Shown here in pieces: positions 63,420 through 64,000 of a DNA stretch of 64,000 bases. Origin of the DNA: Epiperipatus broadwayi (Eukaryota; Animalia; Onychophora); NCBI GenBank assembly GCA_028023455.1, contig JAQFVV010000006.1:1488001-1552000 (forward strand), written 5' to 3'. Within the stretch, counting starts at the first letter, position 1, and every line of letters starts with the position of its first letter. Both the position numbers and the translations under genes were made by a program. The notes beneath the pieces are model-generated. The model saw only the letters and a program-made list of their open reading frames with translations. It did no database searches and was not told the DNA's origin.

Positions 63420-64000
63420 ACTAGATGATGAGGGAATAGAATGTAGCTCTTGAAAAGAATTAGTGACAATCTTAAATAAGTATGTAATGGGTATAGATAA
63501 AATGTTAGGTGTGAAGGTCAGAGTGATAACAAACAAGAAAGCATATAGTAATGAAAATATTAGGTTTACAGAAAATGAATTGAATGAGACGGGGAAGAAA
63601 TTGAAAAGTGGAAAGGGGAGACATTTAGATGGATGGGCAGCAGAGCTAGTAATGAATTTAGGAACTAGAGCAAAATTAAACCTATTACCATGTTTTAATA
63701 AGATGGCATAAAAGAGAGAATTTTCTGATAGTTGGAATAAGTAAGGCTACTATTTAAAGGAAATGATAAAAATCATAGAAAGTTAAACAATTATAGACCG
63801 ATAGCGTTAATATCAATGTTATATAAAGTTTTGCATATATGGTGGCTGGAAGGCCGGCAAAGTGGATGGAAGAAAATAATATAGTGGGAGAAATGCAAGG
63901 AGGTTTTCGATCGGATAGACATATAGGAGATAGTTTATTTATAGTCACAACAACATATAGATGTGAGTTGGAATAGAAGTAGACAGTTATATATGGTTTT
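63420..64000 (+). mobile_element. Decayed non-LTR retrotransposon RT fragment (runs off the window)
   Basis: LKSGKGRHLDGWAAEL; NNYRPIALISMLYKV; WMEENNIVGEMQGGFRSDR; stops and frameshifts. Confidence 0.85.

Overview
AT-rich eukaryotic (probably invertebrate) non-genic DNA made almost entirely of repeats; no host protein-coding gene could be supported. Conventional content: a young gag-only Ty3/gypsy-type LTR element (28668-33979, minus, 1.56-kb near-identical LTRs, AATT TSD, intact 350-aa Gag, no pol), a decayed RTE LINE (~17285-19515) plus other LINE fragments, a decayed Buster-type hAT transposase (~8200-9690), a ~4-kb local duplication (921-1331 plus 4269-7949 vs 11804-15779), two TSD-flanked tRNA-Gly retrocopies and tRNA-derived SINE fragments. 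The standout is what the ORF track misses: at least six small non-coding repeat families carry minimal type-I hammerhead ribozyme motifs (CUGANGA, stem II, GAAA, palindromic stem III, NUH), several with complete cores and compensatory stem II changes. They occur as tandem monomers (~133, ~357, ~450 bp) and as fold-back insertions with a one-sided tail and 11-16 bp target-site duplications. This matches retrozymes / Penelope-like non-autonomous retroelements. All alignments, folds and coordinates were read by eye, and no ribozyme activity has been shown.
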